This document shows positions 9,050-18,306 of a DNA stretch of 64,000 nucleotides, piece by piece. Positions within the stretch are counted from its first letter, which is position 1; the number at the start of each line of letters is the position of its first letter. Position numbers and translations under genes: made by a program. The notes under the pieces were generated by a model. It was not told where the DNA came from, ran no database searches, and worked only from the letters and a program-made list of their open reading frames with translations. The DNA lies in IMG/VR virus record IMGVR_UViG_3300042317_001568, positions 124,001-188,000 of that record. One strand, 5' to 3'.

Positions 9050-9396
9050 CATGGGAACACAACGACACCGACGGCAACAATCCGCTCGCCCGGGCTGGTT
9101 GTTTTACGTTTGAAGTTGACTTCGACTTTGAACCCGGCGACAATGTGCCGGAATTTTTAATACACGATGCGGACAACAATAAACCGCAAGTGACGTTCCT
9201 TGACGTATTTTGCAACGAAGTAAATTTCTCGGACGACGAAAAAGGACCGCGGCTTCCAACTTTTGAAGAAAAATCAGAGCTGGAACGGTGGTTTGACAAT
9301 CAACTCCGCAATGACACCGAACTGCAAAATAGCATCAAGGAACAATGCGTCGACCTCGTAAATTTCGGGGCCGATGGTGACGATTGGGATGATTAA
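9034..9396 (+). CDS. acidic hypothetical protein
   Basis: in-frame ATG overlapping the upstream gene end. Confidence 0.55.
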   Translation: MPCQLTWEHNDTDGNNPLARAGCFTFEVDFDFEPGDNVPEFLIHDADNNKPQVTFLDVFCNEVNFSDDEKGPRLPTFEEKSELERWFDNQLRNDTELQNSIKEQCVDLVNFGADGDDWDD

Positions 9397-9436
9397 CCTG
9401 TGGGATACCCCCACTTAACAAGGAAGAGGTAGACAA

Positions 9437-9820
9437 ATGCGTTCTGCATTTTTTGGAATGATTCTGTGCGTCTGTGGTTCCGCGTTCGCCGGTGACGAGG
9501 GCAGCGTGCTCGTAAACGCCGCCCCGACGCCCGCAGCAGCTCCTGTAGCGGTTGTCAGCAGCAACGCCTGCTGCAACGAGTGCGCCTGCGCGTCAGCCGC
9601 TCCGGCCCGCGTGCGCGGTCGGTACCGCATCGTAACGGAAAGCTGCGACGCCTGCACCGGCAGCAAGTCGCGGAGCGTAACCCGCGGCGTTGTGCGCGGG
9701 ACGGGCGAGGTGGTCCGCGGGGTCGGCGCGGCGACGGTGAACGTCGTCACGCTGCCTGTGCGCGCCATCCGCGGTTGCCGTAGCGGCAGCTGCAGCGCCG
9801 CCGGTAGTTGCTGCAACTGA
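9437..9820 (+). CDS. secreted Cys-rich small protein
   Basis: SD GAGG; signal peptide ending SAFA-G; Cys clusters CCNECAC and CSAAGSCCN. Confidence 0.65.
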   Translation: MRSAFFGMILCVCGSAFAGDEGSVLVNAAPTPAAAPVAVVSSNACCNECACASAAPARVRGRYRIVTESCDACTGSKSRSVTRGVVRGTGEVVRGVGAATVNVVTLPVRAIRGCRSGSCSAAGSCCN

Positions 9821-9843
9821 TCGAAATCAGTTGTAACTCATAG

Positions 9844-9882
9844 AGGGGCGCCGGGTATGCACTCGGCGCCCCTTCTCTTTTT
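9844..9882 (+). terminator. intrinsic terminator
   Basis: AGGGGCGCCG / CGGCGCCCCT stem followed by TCTCTTTTT. Confidence 0.75.
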
Positions 9883-9894
9883 CAGGAGCAGACA

Positions 9895-10137
9895 ATGCCA
9901 TACTTTCGAATTCGAATTAGTCAAAGCAATTGCACGACTTATCACATCGACGCCTCCAGCGCCCAAGCCGCAAAACAATTTGTCCAAGAAGCGCACGCCG
10001 CTAAGGACACAAATATGGTCAGCGGCCTGTACCGTGTTGAAGACATTAGCGACGAAAACACAGAAGTGGTGCGCATGCCTGACGACGGAGAAATTTACCG
10101 GGCTGATCGTGTAAACGCTGGATTAAAGGACCTGTAA
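9895..10137 (+). CDS. hypothetical protein
   Basis: AGGAG SD; 80 aa. Confidence 0.6.
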   Translation: MPYFRIRISQSNCTTYHIDASSAQAAKQFVQEAHAAKDTNMVSGLYRVEDISDENTEVVRMPDDGEIYRADRVNAGLKDL

Positions 10138-10138
10138 C

Positions 10139-10660
10139 ATGGGAATTGACATCTATCTTGAGTGGGAAGGTATGACCGAAGATGACCGCAAAAACCAGAG
10201 CGCCGCTGCGTGGTCATTAGAAGGCGGCCGTGTCGGTTATCTGCGGGAAGCGTATCACGGAGAGCCGTACGCTACCCAAATCCTCGTACGAGAGGCTTTT
10301 GAGGCAGACTCATGTAAGGCTGAAATACCGGCGGCCACGCTTAGAGCCCGAATGACGCAGGTCACCGAACCAGTATACGGAAAAACTGGCGGGCACGACA
10401 CGGCCGTCGCCGTTGGCGAGATGCTACAAGAGCTAGCAAAAATCAGTTCTAACACGCATGTAAGTGGCACGTGTCGCGGTCGGGGGCAGACTTCGCCAAT
10501 GACCGTGGAGGAAGCGGTTACCGAACGCGCAATCAAACTCTACAACGCAAACAACTCCGAGGTTGCGGAAGTAAAACGTTCTTTTTGGGATTTTGTCAGG
10601 CTCGCCGAAAAAATGGAGTTGGCCACCGGCAAGCCGTGCACAATTTACGCCTCCTATTAG
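10139..10660 (+). CDS. hypothetical phage protein (MGIDIY...GYLREAYHG...IYASY)
   Basis: 173-aa ORF tightly packed with its neighbours. Confidence 0.65.
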   Translation: MGIDIYLEWEGMTEDDRKNQSAAAWSLEGGRVGYLREAYHGEPYATQILVREAFEADSCKAEIPAATLRARMTQVTEPVYGKTGGHDTAVAVGEMLQELAKISSNTHVSGTCRGRGQTSPMTVEEAVTERAIKLYNANNSEVAEVKRSFWDFVRLAEKMELATGKPCTIYASY

Positions 10661-10669
10661 AGAAACAGC

Positions 10670-11083
10670 ATGCCAAAAACCACAGCCATTGAAATCATTA
10701 AAGAGTTTTGTGCTTTTCTGCAAGATTACGGCGTCACCGAAGTAACAGCAACCTATGACGGTTCGGGCGACTCTGGCGACATGGATTTCTCTTTCAATAT
10801 GGTCGAGCATCGACCGCAGATTGGCAACGTCGAGCCGCAAACAAATTCTTCGTGGCGGAGTCAGGCGGCAATAAAAAATATCATTACTAACACTGTCGGC
10901 GGAACAATCTGTCCCGTTGCGTTTGACAATTTTATTGACGCGGTATGGGAGCTGTTACCCGGCGGCTGGGAAATTGACGACGGGGCATACGGTGAAATCC
11001 ATATAGACGTCCGCGAAAAAACTATAAACGTAGAACACAGCGAACGTTATACGGAAGTGACAACTACGGAACAAACGTACTGA
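10670..11083 (+). CDS. DUF6878-like protein
   Basis: YDGSGDSG and GWEIDDGAYG...HSERY motifs. Confidence 0.75.
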   Translation: MPKTTAIEIIKEFCAFLQDYGVTEVTATYDGSGDSGDMDFSFNMVEHRPQIGNVEPQTNSSWRSQAAIKNIITNTVGGTICPVAFDNFIDAVWELLPGGWEIDDGAYGEIHIDVREKTINVEHSERYTEVTTTEQTY

Positions 11084-11289
11084 TGACCATCGACGAAGCA
11101 ATTGCCAATTTGCAGCGCGCTAAAGCACGCGGTGTAAAAACCGTTATTTTGGCCTATTGGACCGCCGACACGTTTGACAGACCAGACGACGAAAACTGGC
11201 AAACAGACGCCGAAATTGTCGAAGACAAATTTGATTGGTCGGCTACCCACTCCGACCTGATGTCATGTCGAGATTTGTACGGAGGATAA
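11083..11289 (+). CDS. hypothetical protein
   Basis: translationally coupled 68-aa ORF. Confidence 0.55.
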   Translation: MTIDEAIANLQRAKARGVKTVILAYWTADTFDRPDDENWQTDAEIVEDKFDWSATHSDLMSCRDLYGG

Positions 11290-11655
11290 ATGGCCCACCC
11301 ATATCATCACGCCCTGTCTTCTGTGAAGAAATGGGGCGGCAAACCCGAGGACTACCAAGCCATTCACGACTGGTTTGACGAGTCCAAAGCGCATGTCGCG
11401 GACTTTCGCCATCGCGCCCTTCGGCACCACAGCGAAGGCATCTTTATGGCGGAAAAGATATTTGGAACGACGATCACAAACGCGGACGGGCGCGTTGTCC
11501 CCGTGCGCTATATCGGCGAGCAGCATGTCAAAGAAGACTTAGGAAAAATCCCTACGCTTGCTGACTGGTTGCTGAATATTCAACCGCAAGGATGGATGCT
11601 CGGCCGCGGAAAGAATCTGGAGGCAGAACTTGAAGCTAGTTCCGCAGCTGCCTGA
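11290..11655 (+). CDS. DUF6915-like protein
   Basis: MAHPYHHALSSVKKWGG...IHDWFDESK...RHRALRHH.EGI...EQHVKED. Confidence 0.85.
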   Translation: MAHPYHHALSSVKKWGGKPEDYQAIHDWFDESKAHVADFRHRALRHHSEGIFMAEKIFGTTITNADGRVVPVRYIGEQHVKEDLGKIPTLADWLLNIQPQGWMLGRGKNLEAELEASSAAA

Positions 11656-11833
11656 AGAAGAACAACTACACACGCTAGCAATCAAAAAAAGCGACGTCGC
11701 TATTGTCGCATCGGCGTTGGCGTTTTTTTACGCCAATCGAGACACGGCAAAAGTCTCGGGAACGGACGCCGAACAAATTAAGGGCCTATTTGAGTTTTTC
11801 AAAAATGTCTACAACTCTAAGGGAGCAATTTAA
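11630..11833 (+). CDS. hypothetical protein
   Basis: fills the gap between coupled genes; GGAGG upstream. Confidence 0.5.
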   Translation: MKLVPQLPEEEQLHTLAIKKSDVAIVASALAFFYANRDTAKVSGTDAEQIKGLFEFFKNVYNSKGAI

Positions 11834-12249
11834 TGGGAACCTGTGTATTTAACACCACCGAGCTTAAACGCTGCGTCCAGCACGCACTGAACGCCAGCCA
11901 GCACGAAATGCCATTTGCAGAAGACGAGACACCCACGCCGGCGTTGTTGTTTGTGCACGATGACGGCGTCTATTTAATGAGCAATGGCATTCCGCGGGAT
12001 TTTGCAGACGACACGGAATCTCAGTCGTATGTCGTGCACGCGGCCACCACCAATCCAAACGTAGACGAAGACTGGTGGCATAACGCCGCGGACCTCGTTG
12101 GCGGCGACGATTTTGTGGAAATAATACCGGTTACGCAGCAGTGGCTTGAAGACTGCGACACGTTCACAGAATGCTACGTCACGGTCAACGGCACCCGGTT
12201 AGAGGCTGGTTTTCACAAACGGCGGTCGCCTGAGCCGGTCGGCGTATGA
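11833..12249 (+). CDS. DUF3085-like protein
   Basis: LFVHDDGVYLMSNG...NP..DEDWW...GGDDFVE. Confidence 0.8.
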   Translation: MGTCVFNTTELKRCVQHALNASQHEMPFAEDETPTPALLFVHDDGVYLMSNGIPRDFADDTESQSYVVHAATTNPNVDEDWWHNAADLVGGDDFVEIIPVTQQWLEDCDTFTECYVTVNGTRLEAGFHKRRSPEPVGV

Positions 12250-12461
12250 GCCCTGTATCAGGAATCTCTATCTTTTTTACGCCAGACGAAATAGCGTGGC
12301 TGAACTGGGTTGTAACCGATGTGCTAAAAAACAGCGCGATGACACAGCACGCAGCAGTCAAAAAAATTACCGACGCTCAAAACCTTTTTACAGACGTGCA
12401 GGAAGTGCTTGAACAAACTGGCAAAGAAATCGAAGAAAAAGACGAAGCCAAAAGAAATTAA
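12246..12461 (+). CDS. hypothetical protein
   Basis: ATGA-coupled 71-aa ORF. Confidence 0.5.
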   Translation: MSPVSGISIFFTPDEIAWLNWVVTDVLKNSAMTQHAAVKKITDAQNLFTDVQEVLEQTGKEIEEKDEAKRN

Positions 12462-12855
12462 AACATGGCGGCAGGCAATGACGTTTGATTTACGTCGCAC
12501 GTCGCCCATAGCGTTTGAAGCGGAAACACTCGAAAGAGGCGTAAATTTCTTTGTGCTTATGCTGGAAAAGCTTGGAGCGTATACGTGCTTTAGTTGCGAA
12601 GGCCACCCAAACAGTTTTTATTTGACATTTGTAGCGCCGATTAATCTGGCCGTGCGTATTCGCAGTTGCGGGTTTTTCACCGTGGAACTAGAAGGCCACA
12701 ATTACTGGAGCATTCGAATAAACCGCGACGTTACGGAACAAACGCGAGTAAGCATTCTGACGTACGCTGCCGAAGCTTGGGCAAAAGAATTTGGACCTAT
12801 TACCTACGTAAAGGATGTGTATGTCAACCGTAGCAGAAATCAAAAAAGAAGTTGA
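12409..12855 (+). CDS. hypothetical protein with T-x-F-SCEGH motif
   Basis: LGAYTCFSCEGH motif seen in small phage proteins. Confidence 0.6.
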   Translation: MNKLAKKSKKKTKPKEIKTWRQAMTFDLRRTSPIAFEAETLERGVNFFVLMLEKLGAYTCFSCEGHPNSFYLTFVAPINLAVRIRSCGFFTVELEGHNYWSIRINRDVTEQTRVSILTYAAEAWAKEFGPITYVKDVYVNRSRNQKRS

Positions 12856-13111
12856 TGAGCTTGTAGGATTTCCTGTGCGCGTGGCTATTGTGCCCGATGG
12901 TTTTTCGCGAAATCATTTTGGCCCGCAGGTCGCCGTCGCAGGGGTTCTAGAGCGCAAAGAAGACAGCCGCGGCCAACCACATTACCGAGCAATGTGCGAC
13001 AGCGACAATTTTGCGTACTTTCAACTGGACAATGTAGTGCTCGTAAACACGTTAGCTACTGTGCCCACAATTACTCTAAACATACCGGTTGATACAGGCG
13101 AGGGTGATTAA
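12815..13111 (+). CDS. hypothetical protein
   Basis: 98 aa; stop coupled to the next ATG. Confidence 0.55.
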   Translation: MCMSTVAEIKKEVDELVGFPVRVAIVPDGFSRNHFGPQVAVAGVLERKEDSRGQPHYRAMCDSDNFAYFQLDNVVLVNTLATVPTITLNIPVDTGEGD

Positions 13112-14067
13112 TGCCTAATTGGTGTTCTAACTACATCATTTTGAAAAACAAGAATGAAGCGCTATTGCAGCGCTTTGTGGACGCGTATAACGCCGGCGAG
13201 GTCATGCAGGATTTTCGACCGTGCCCACAAGACCTGCGCGACACCACTGCTGGCTATCCGGCAAACGAAAACGAGCGGGCAGCAAACGAGCAGAAAAAAC
13301 GCAGCAATTTAACTCAGTACGGTCACGAGACATGGTACGACTGGAACGTGGCGAACTGGGGCAGCAAGTGGGATTTTGGAAAGCGCGAATATGAAGACCC
13401 GATAAAACTTGAAAGCACGCGCGACGGCGTCTGCGTCAAAGTAGGGTTTGATACCGCGTGGTCGCCGCCCGTCGAATTTTATACGTATTTGCGCCAAGAA
13501 TACGGTTTCGATGTCGTAGCTTATTATTTTGAGCCGGGTGTGGGATATTGCGGCACGATCAAAAATGAGCAAGACGACTACATCGATATCGAGGATTTCA
13601 CGCCTGAATGGCTAAAAACCCACGTGCCGGCCAAACTACTGACCGTGTTCAATATGCTAGAGCAGGCAGAAGAAATGCAAGAAACTGAAAAGGAGTGGGA
13701 GGCAATGCAGCAAGCACAAAACGCCGTCGAACTAAAATACAATAACGGCGATGACGACTATAGCGCGTCTGAAGGCGATATTATTATTGAAGGCCATCGC
13801 TTGATCTGCACCTGCTCCGCCTGTCCGGAGCAGTACGAAGTGTTTCATGATCAATCTCGGCAACACATTGGTTACCTGCGGTTACGACACGGGAAGTTTC
13901 GGGCGGATTACCCCGATTGTGGCGGCGAAACTGTATACGACGCAACGACTAAAGGCGACGGTAATTTTGAGGACGACGAACGAATGGAGCACCTAACCAA
14001 CGCGGTCAGGGCTTTATCCCGGCGGTATTTAACCGACACCGAGCTTGACGGAAAAACCGAAACATGA
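13111..14067 (+). CDS. YubB/DUF1281 ferredoxin-like domain fused to a C-terminal CxACPEQY domain
   Basis: MPNWCSN, WYDWNVANWGSKWD, FDTAWSPP, YFEPG motifs; then CSACPEQY..GYLRLRHG..KGDG.F..DER. Confidence 0.8.
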   Translation: MPNWCSNYIILKNKNEALLQRFVDAYNAGEVMQDFRPCPQDLRDTTAGYPANENERAANEQKKRSNLTQYGHETWYDWNVANWGSKWDFGKREYEDPIKLESTRDGVCVKVGFDTAWSPPVEFYTYLRQEYGFDVVAYYFEPGVGYCGTIKNEQDDYIDIEDFTPEWLKTHVPAKLLTVFNMLEQAEEMQETEKEWEAMQQAQNAVELKYNNGDDDYSASEGDIIIEGHRLICTCSACPEQYEVFHDQSRQHIGYLRLRHGKFRADYPDCGGETVYDATTKGDGNFEDDERMEHLTNAVRALSRRYLTDTELDGKTET

Positions 14068-14597
14068 CATCTCCAATTCAGCGCATCCAAGAAATACAAC
14101 AGAAAAAAATACAGGCAGAAGAACAACGGCGCCGACGTATCGACGCGCGGCGTAACCGCGAAATCAACGCGTTTGTGGCATCGCCTGTCTATCAACTGCT
14201 ATCAACTATGTGGCACATGCCACTACAGCAAAAATATCGCGCTGATATTGGACCGATCCTTGCTCACGCAATTCGCAATAATCGCGAGGACGTGCTTGCC
14301 GGCAAAACTTCTATCGTAGCTATGGCCCGCCACGGCAGCATGTCGGGCGTCATGTGGCGATGCGAAGAATTAGAGAGCGGCAATATTTGTTATAGCGTAG
14401 ACGGCGTTTATGGTTTTAAACACAACGCGGTTGGCGCCGAAGGCATCCAACTTTTTGAAGACAGCTTTGTGGAGTATGTCGCCGAAATACTTGATCCCGC
14501 CTGCGTAACGGAAACCGCCGGAACGTATGTCGCCCCCACTGAAACGACAAGCACGCGCGACAATACACCAAAACGAGTCATTCAGGCCATCACATGA
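14064..14597 (+). CDS. hypothetical protein
   Basis: 177 aa, coupled; ends TPKRVIQAIT. Confidence 0.65.
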   Translation: MTSPIQRIQEIQQKKIQAEEQRRRRIDARRNREINAFVASPVYQLLSTMWHMPLQQKYRADIGPILAHAIRNNREDVLAGKTSIVAMARHGSMSGVMWRCEELESGNICYSVDGVYGFKHNAVGAEGIQLFEDSFVEYVAEILDPACVTETAGTYVAPTETTSTRDNTPKRVIQAIT

Positions 14598-14872
14598 CCC
14601 CCGTAACAGTTCAATTTGACAATGGTTTTGACTGGGAGTTACTGCACGAACAAAAGCAGGAATTGCTCAAGCTTATCTTCAGCGAGTTTGGCGAGGTCCA
14701 AGACGTTCCGCACCCACTAGATTATATCGTGGCAATTATCGATGAAGTGCAATATCAGGCTGCCGACGCTGGCGAGCCCGTAGTTTTTGATGATGACGAA
14801 CTCAACGACGAGTTAACCGAAATCGATGCTTTGCTGGAAGGAGTAATCGAAAGTGACAAAGAAAAAGTCTGA
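14594..14872 (+). CDS. acidic hypothetical protein
   Basis: coupled 92-aa ORF. Confidence 0.55.
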   Translation: MTPVTVQFDNGFDWELLHEQKQELLKLIFSEFGEVQDVPHPLDYIVAIIDEVQYQAADAGEPVVFDDDELNDELTEIDALLEGVIESDKEKV

Positions 14873-15377
14873 ATACGACGTGTTACAGCTAATAGCCAAT
14901 GAGCAGCACGAACTGCAGCAAAAGAAGGGCAGCAACTTAGCCAAAAAGCTTGAGTTACTGTCTCGTAAAAAGGCTGCGTGGATACAGACCGGCATTCCGC
15001 AAATGTGGGAAGACGTCAAGCACATTGAAGTAAAAAATTTTGCGCGCCGCGACGTCGCCGGAGAAACACCGCCGTTGGTCGATTTTGTTAACCCCTTGGC
15101 AGAGTGCAACATATACGGCAACGGGTTAGCGCTGCACGACAGCAGATTTACGGAGGTTGTCTGGCAAGTTATCGCAGAGAACGACCGCAAAGTGGATTCA
15201 TCCTTGCAATATGTTACGTACGATAACGGATACGTAAATACGCCAGAAGAAATGCAGCAAAGTTTTATCAAATGGCTGGCGCGACGTATTGACCACCGCG
15301 TTGTCGTTGATCTGGGTTACACCCCCAAAGAAATCAAAAAAGCTGAGCGGCGCATTCTCTTAGAAGCAACAAATTAA
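14853..15377 (+). CDS. hypothetical protein
   Basis: AAGGAG SD with GTG start; ends ERRILLEATN. Confidence 0.65.
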   Translation: MTKKKSEYDVLQLIANEQHELQQKKGSNLAKKLELLSRKKAAWIQTGIPQMWEDVKHIEVKNFARRDVAGETPPLVDFVNPLAECNIYGNGLALHDSRFTEVVWQVIAENDRKVDSSLQYVTYDNGYVNTPEEMQQSFIKWLARRIDHRVVVDLGYTPKEIKKAERRILLEATN

Positions 15378-15387
15378 CAAATAACCT

Positions 15388-15657
15388 ATGGTAGATTTCA
15401 ACAAACCCGACGCGCTTGACAACCCAAGCCCCGAAGTTTTAGCGTGGTGTAGCAATACAATGCGCGTTATTTCTCATGGCGGTGTGTGGGGTATTCCCAG
15501 ATCAGGCACCGTTTTTCGGGTAGATCATGTAAACAAGCAACTTGTTTTAATCATGCCCGGCAATGACGACGATGATGATTTTGATGCCACCAAAAAAGTA
15601 TTCAAGCACATTGGCTGGGAGGTCGTAAAAGAACATGGACCTGACAGTGCTGAGTAA
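15388..15657 (+). CDS. hypothetical protein (GGVWGIPRSG motif)
   Basis: 89-aa ORF in the packed run. Confidence 0.6.
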   Translation: MVDFNKPDALDNPSPEVLAWCSNTMRVISHGGVWGIPRSGTVFRVDHVNKQLVLIMPGNDDDDDFDATKKVFKHIGWEVVKEHGPDSAE

Positions 15658-16234
15658 ACCGCTCCGCCCATTTCGGCGCAGCAGGTTTGACGACGAAACA
15701 ATTTGGACAAAACTCTGGGATGGCGTGTGCTGGGCGCCCAGCAAAGTTTATTACTTTTGCCGCAAATACGCGCAGCGCCTTAAACGCAGCTGGGCGTACG
15801 CAAAGTTTGGTTGGGAAAACTACGACTTTGACGGCGAGTACCTGACGCACCTGATAACGTTCAAACTCAAGCGGATGCAAAAAGCGTTACAGGGCGGTTG
15901 TTCGGTTCAGGACGACAAATACATGCAGGCGCTTCAGCTAGCGATTCGGCTAGGCGATAAGCTGGAGAGCCACGCGTATCACTGGTTTCTTGACCGACAT
16001 GACGCCAAATGGGGCGCGGCGCATTTAAATTTTGTTGATGGCGGCGAGCCGTTCAATGGCAAAAACCTGCGATCGATGGAAATTGAGCGCTCAGGAGTGA
16101 TAGACGCCGAAACCAAAGCGCAAGAACGCGATGAGTTTCGCGCGGCGTATGAAGCCGACGATGCAATTAGACTGCGCGACGCCCGCCTGTTTTTTAGAAT
16201 CATCGAAAAGTATTACCCCGGGTGGTGGGACTAA
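15635..16234 (+). CDS. hypothetical phage protein
   Basis: W.NYDFD..YL..LI.FKL.RM and C-terminal GWWD pattern common in phage ORFs. Confidence 0.65.
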   Translation: MDLTVLSKPLRPFRRSRFDDETIWTKLWDGVCWAPSKVYYFCRKYAQRLKRSWAYAKFGWENYDFDGEYLTHLITFKLKRMQKALQGGCSVQDDKYMQALQLAIRLGDKLESHAYHWFLDRHDAKWGAAHLNFVDGGEPFNGKNLRSMEIERSGVIDAETKAQERDEFRAAYEADDAIRLRDARLFFRIIEKYYPGWWD

Positions 16235-16485
16235 TGAAAAACGGGCGTATCAGCTTGGGCAAAAACAAGCATATTGAACTACTGCACCCAATCAATTTTG
16301 TGCTAATGCAGCGCCCTGAAATAGACGACCCAGACGTAGAGTGGCCAGAACAAGACGATCTGTACCTATACGGTTTCAGTTTTGATTTCACGACAGAACT
16401 GTACTGGTTCACATATGACTGGGGTCGCGGTTTCAATTTTCGAATTTTGGGTTTTGGTTTTAGCGTTACACACTACTCACTGTAA
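16234..16485 (+). CDS. hypothetical protein
   Basis: TAATG coupling with the upstream stop. Confidence 0.5.
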   Translation: MKNGRISLGKNKHIELLHPINFVLMQRPEIDDPDVEWPEQDDLYLYGFSFDFTTELYWFTYDWGRGFNFRILGFGFSVTHYSL

Positions 16486-16494
16486 GGGAAAACA

Positions 16495-16746
16495 ATGAAC
16501 AACAACAAGAACTTTTGGCCAGTTATGCTCAGCGCGCTGCTGGCTGGCGTGGTAATCCAGTCGATGTTTATCAGCTGCGCGCCTAGTTCAAACACCGGGA
16601 ACAACGCTGGTTTTGACGTAGATACCTCCAGCCTTGAGCATCGCTACGCCACGGAACGATTTAAGCAAGAAGGCTATAGCGCTAAAGATGCCCGAACAGC
16701 TGCTGACGCGGTAATGAAGTTCCACAACGCACAGAAAAACCGGTAA
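16495..16746 (+). CDS. small membrane-anchored or exported protein
   Basis: N-terminal hydrophobic helix. Confidence 0.6.
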   Translation: MNNNKNFWPVMLSALLAGVVIQSMFISCAPSSNTGNNAGFDVDTSSLEHRYATERFKQEGYSAKDARTAADAVMKFHNAQKNR

Positions 16747-16748
16747 CC

Positions 16749-17087
16749 ATGGCAGAGAAAAAATACAAAGTTTTTGACCGGCGGTTGTTGAGCCACATCA
16801 ACGAATCGTCGATTGGTTTTAAGTACAACAGAACACTAGACCCTGCGTTTATCGCGCGGCTCCCAGAAGACAAGATTTTTCCTGTAGTGTTTACGATGCT
16901 TCATGAGCACCGCGCAGGAAAAGCTTGTGAGCCCCATGTGCGGGTTATGATTGCTGTCCCCAGTGTTGGAGAAACAGCTGGATTGTCAGACCGACTTTTG
17001 CTTGACGTAAATATGGATTTATTTGATATCATTCCAGAAATCGGCGTTCCGGAAAATGATCCTGAAACAACGCCGGTTGCGGAATGA
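16749..17087 (+). CDS. hypothetical protein
   Basis: 112-aa ATG ORF. Confidence 0.6.
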   Translation: MAEKKYKVFDRRLLSHINESSIGFKYNRTLDPAFIARLPEDKIFPVVFTMLHEHRAGKACEPHVRVMIAVPSVGETAGLSDRLLLDVNMDLFDIIPEIGVPENDPETTPVAE

Positions 17088-17413
17088 TTTTAGGAGAATA
17101 TGCATTCTCCCTCTTTTTACCTATCGGTGGCTATGTTTACTTTAATCAGCCTGTCATGGCACATTGGGTTGTTCAGTCTTGTCGCAATGTCGTTTTTCAT
17201 GGTGTACATCAGCAAACGTTACGGTCGATGATAGGTATGTCTTTACTCTGTATTCTGAGTAATCAGATACGTAGTACGGTCAAACTGGACACTGCGATCT
17301 TCCGCGTGTCGCTTGACACGATTCCCGAGCCGAATATGATAGGCGATTCTTCGACATGGTCGCAGCATAGCGGACGCGACCAGCGCTGACAACTCGTTTT
17401 GCAAGGAAGCATC

Positions 17414-17926
17414 ATGACGCAAAAAGATTCTTCTCACGTCGCCGAAAAAGATGCGGCGCTCTTACGTCACCGCCCACGCCGCAATGAGCGGTGCGCTTGC
17501 GGTAGCGGCAAAAAATTTAAACATTGCCACGGCACCACGCCAAACAACATCAATTGGCGTAAGCCCGCCTACATCGACGGCGGCGAGTCTCCGGTGCGTT
17601 GGGTTATTGTTAATCGATCCGGCACTAGTTTCTTTTCGACAAAAGACGACAAGCTTATGGTGTTTAAGTCTCGTGCGGACGCCAACGCCATTGCCATGTT
17701 GGATTTTTTTGCGGATCAAGAACCCGGCGACATTAACGTTGGGGGCGTAGGGCCGACAAAATGGCAGCATTTGCAAGATACGCTGCCGTACATTGAAGTT
17801 GAAAACGCGGATCAGGGTTTTGTGTTTATTCAAGAACGCATCGACTTTGCCCGCGACACGTATCTAAACGCTGCCGGCGCTGACGCCGACATTCCTCCCA
17901 CCGAAACGGATTCGCAGGAGAACTAA
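17414..17926 (+). CDS. SEC-C zinc-binding motif protein
   Basis: RNERCACGSGKKFKHCHG; AAGGAAG SD. Confidence 0.85.
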   Translation: MTQKDSSHVAEKDAALLRHRPRRNERCACGSGKKFKHCHGTTPNNINWRKPAYIDGGESPVRWVIVNRSGTSFFSTKDDKLMVFKSRADANAIAMLDFFADQEPGDINVGGVGPTKWQHLQDTLPYIEVENADQGFVFIQERIDFARDTYLNAAGADADIPPTETDSQEN

Positions 17927-17931
17927 TTCGC

Positions 17932-18288
17932 ATGGCATCGCGGCCCACAGCACGCGCTACGGCGCATGGTTGGAACGACTCGTGGTGGGATTACGTCAAG
18001 CACGGGCAGCCAATGGACCCCGCAAAAAAAGCGGAGTTAGCGGCTAAAAAGAAAGCGCGTCAGCAGGAAACAGCAAACAAGGGTTTGCGGTTTATTATTT
18101 TGAAAAGCTCGCGGTATGTAGACGAAACCGATCTCTCGGTTACTGACGCGTACACCGGACCTACTTGTCGCCGCGCTAAAGTTGAGCCGGGGCAGGTCTA
18201 TACGTCGTTTGAGACGGCGCAAGCAGACGCTGACAAACTGTCAAAATTCAACTCTGCAGGATTTGAAGTGCACCCTCTTTCATCATGA
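17932..18288 (+). CDS. hypothetical protein
   Basis: AGGAG SD; 118 aa. Confidence 0.6.
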   Translation: MASRPTARATAHGWNDSWWDYVKHGQPMDPAKKAELAAKKKARQQETANKGLRFIILKSSRYVDETDLSVTDAYTGPTCRRAKVEPGQVYTSFETAQADADKLSKFNSAGFEVHPLSS

Positions 18289-18306
18289 TCTATAGCGACT
18301 ACACGG

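Noticed and set aside
17084-17389. 101-aa + strand ORF
   Set aside because: Composition is atypical and no motif is recognised; may be real but is not supportable.
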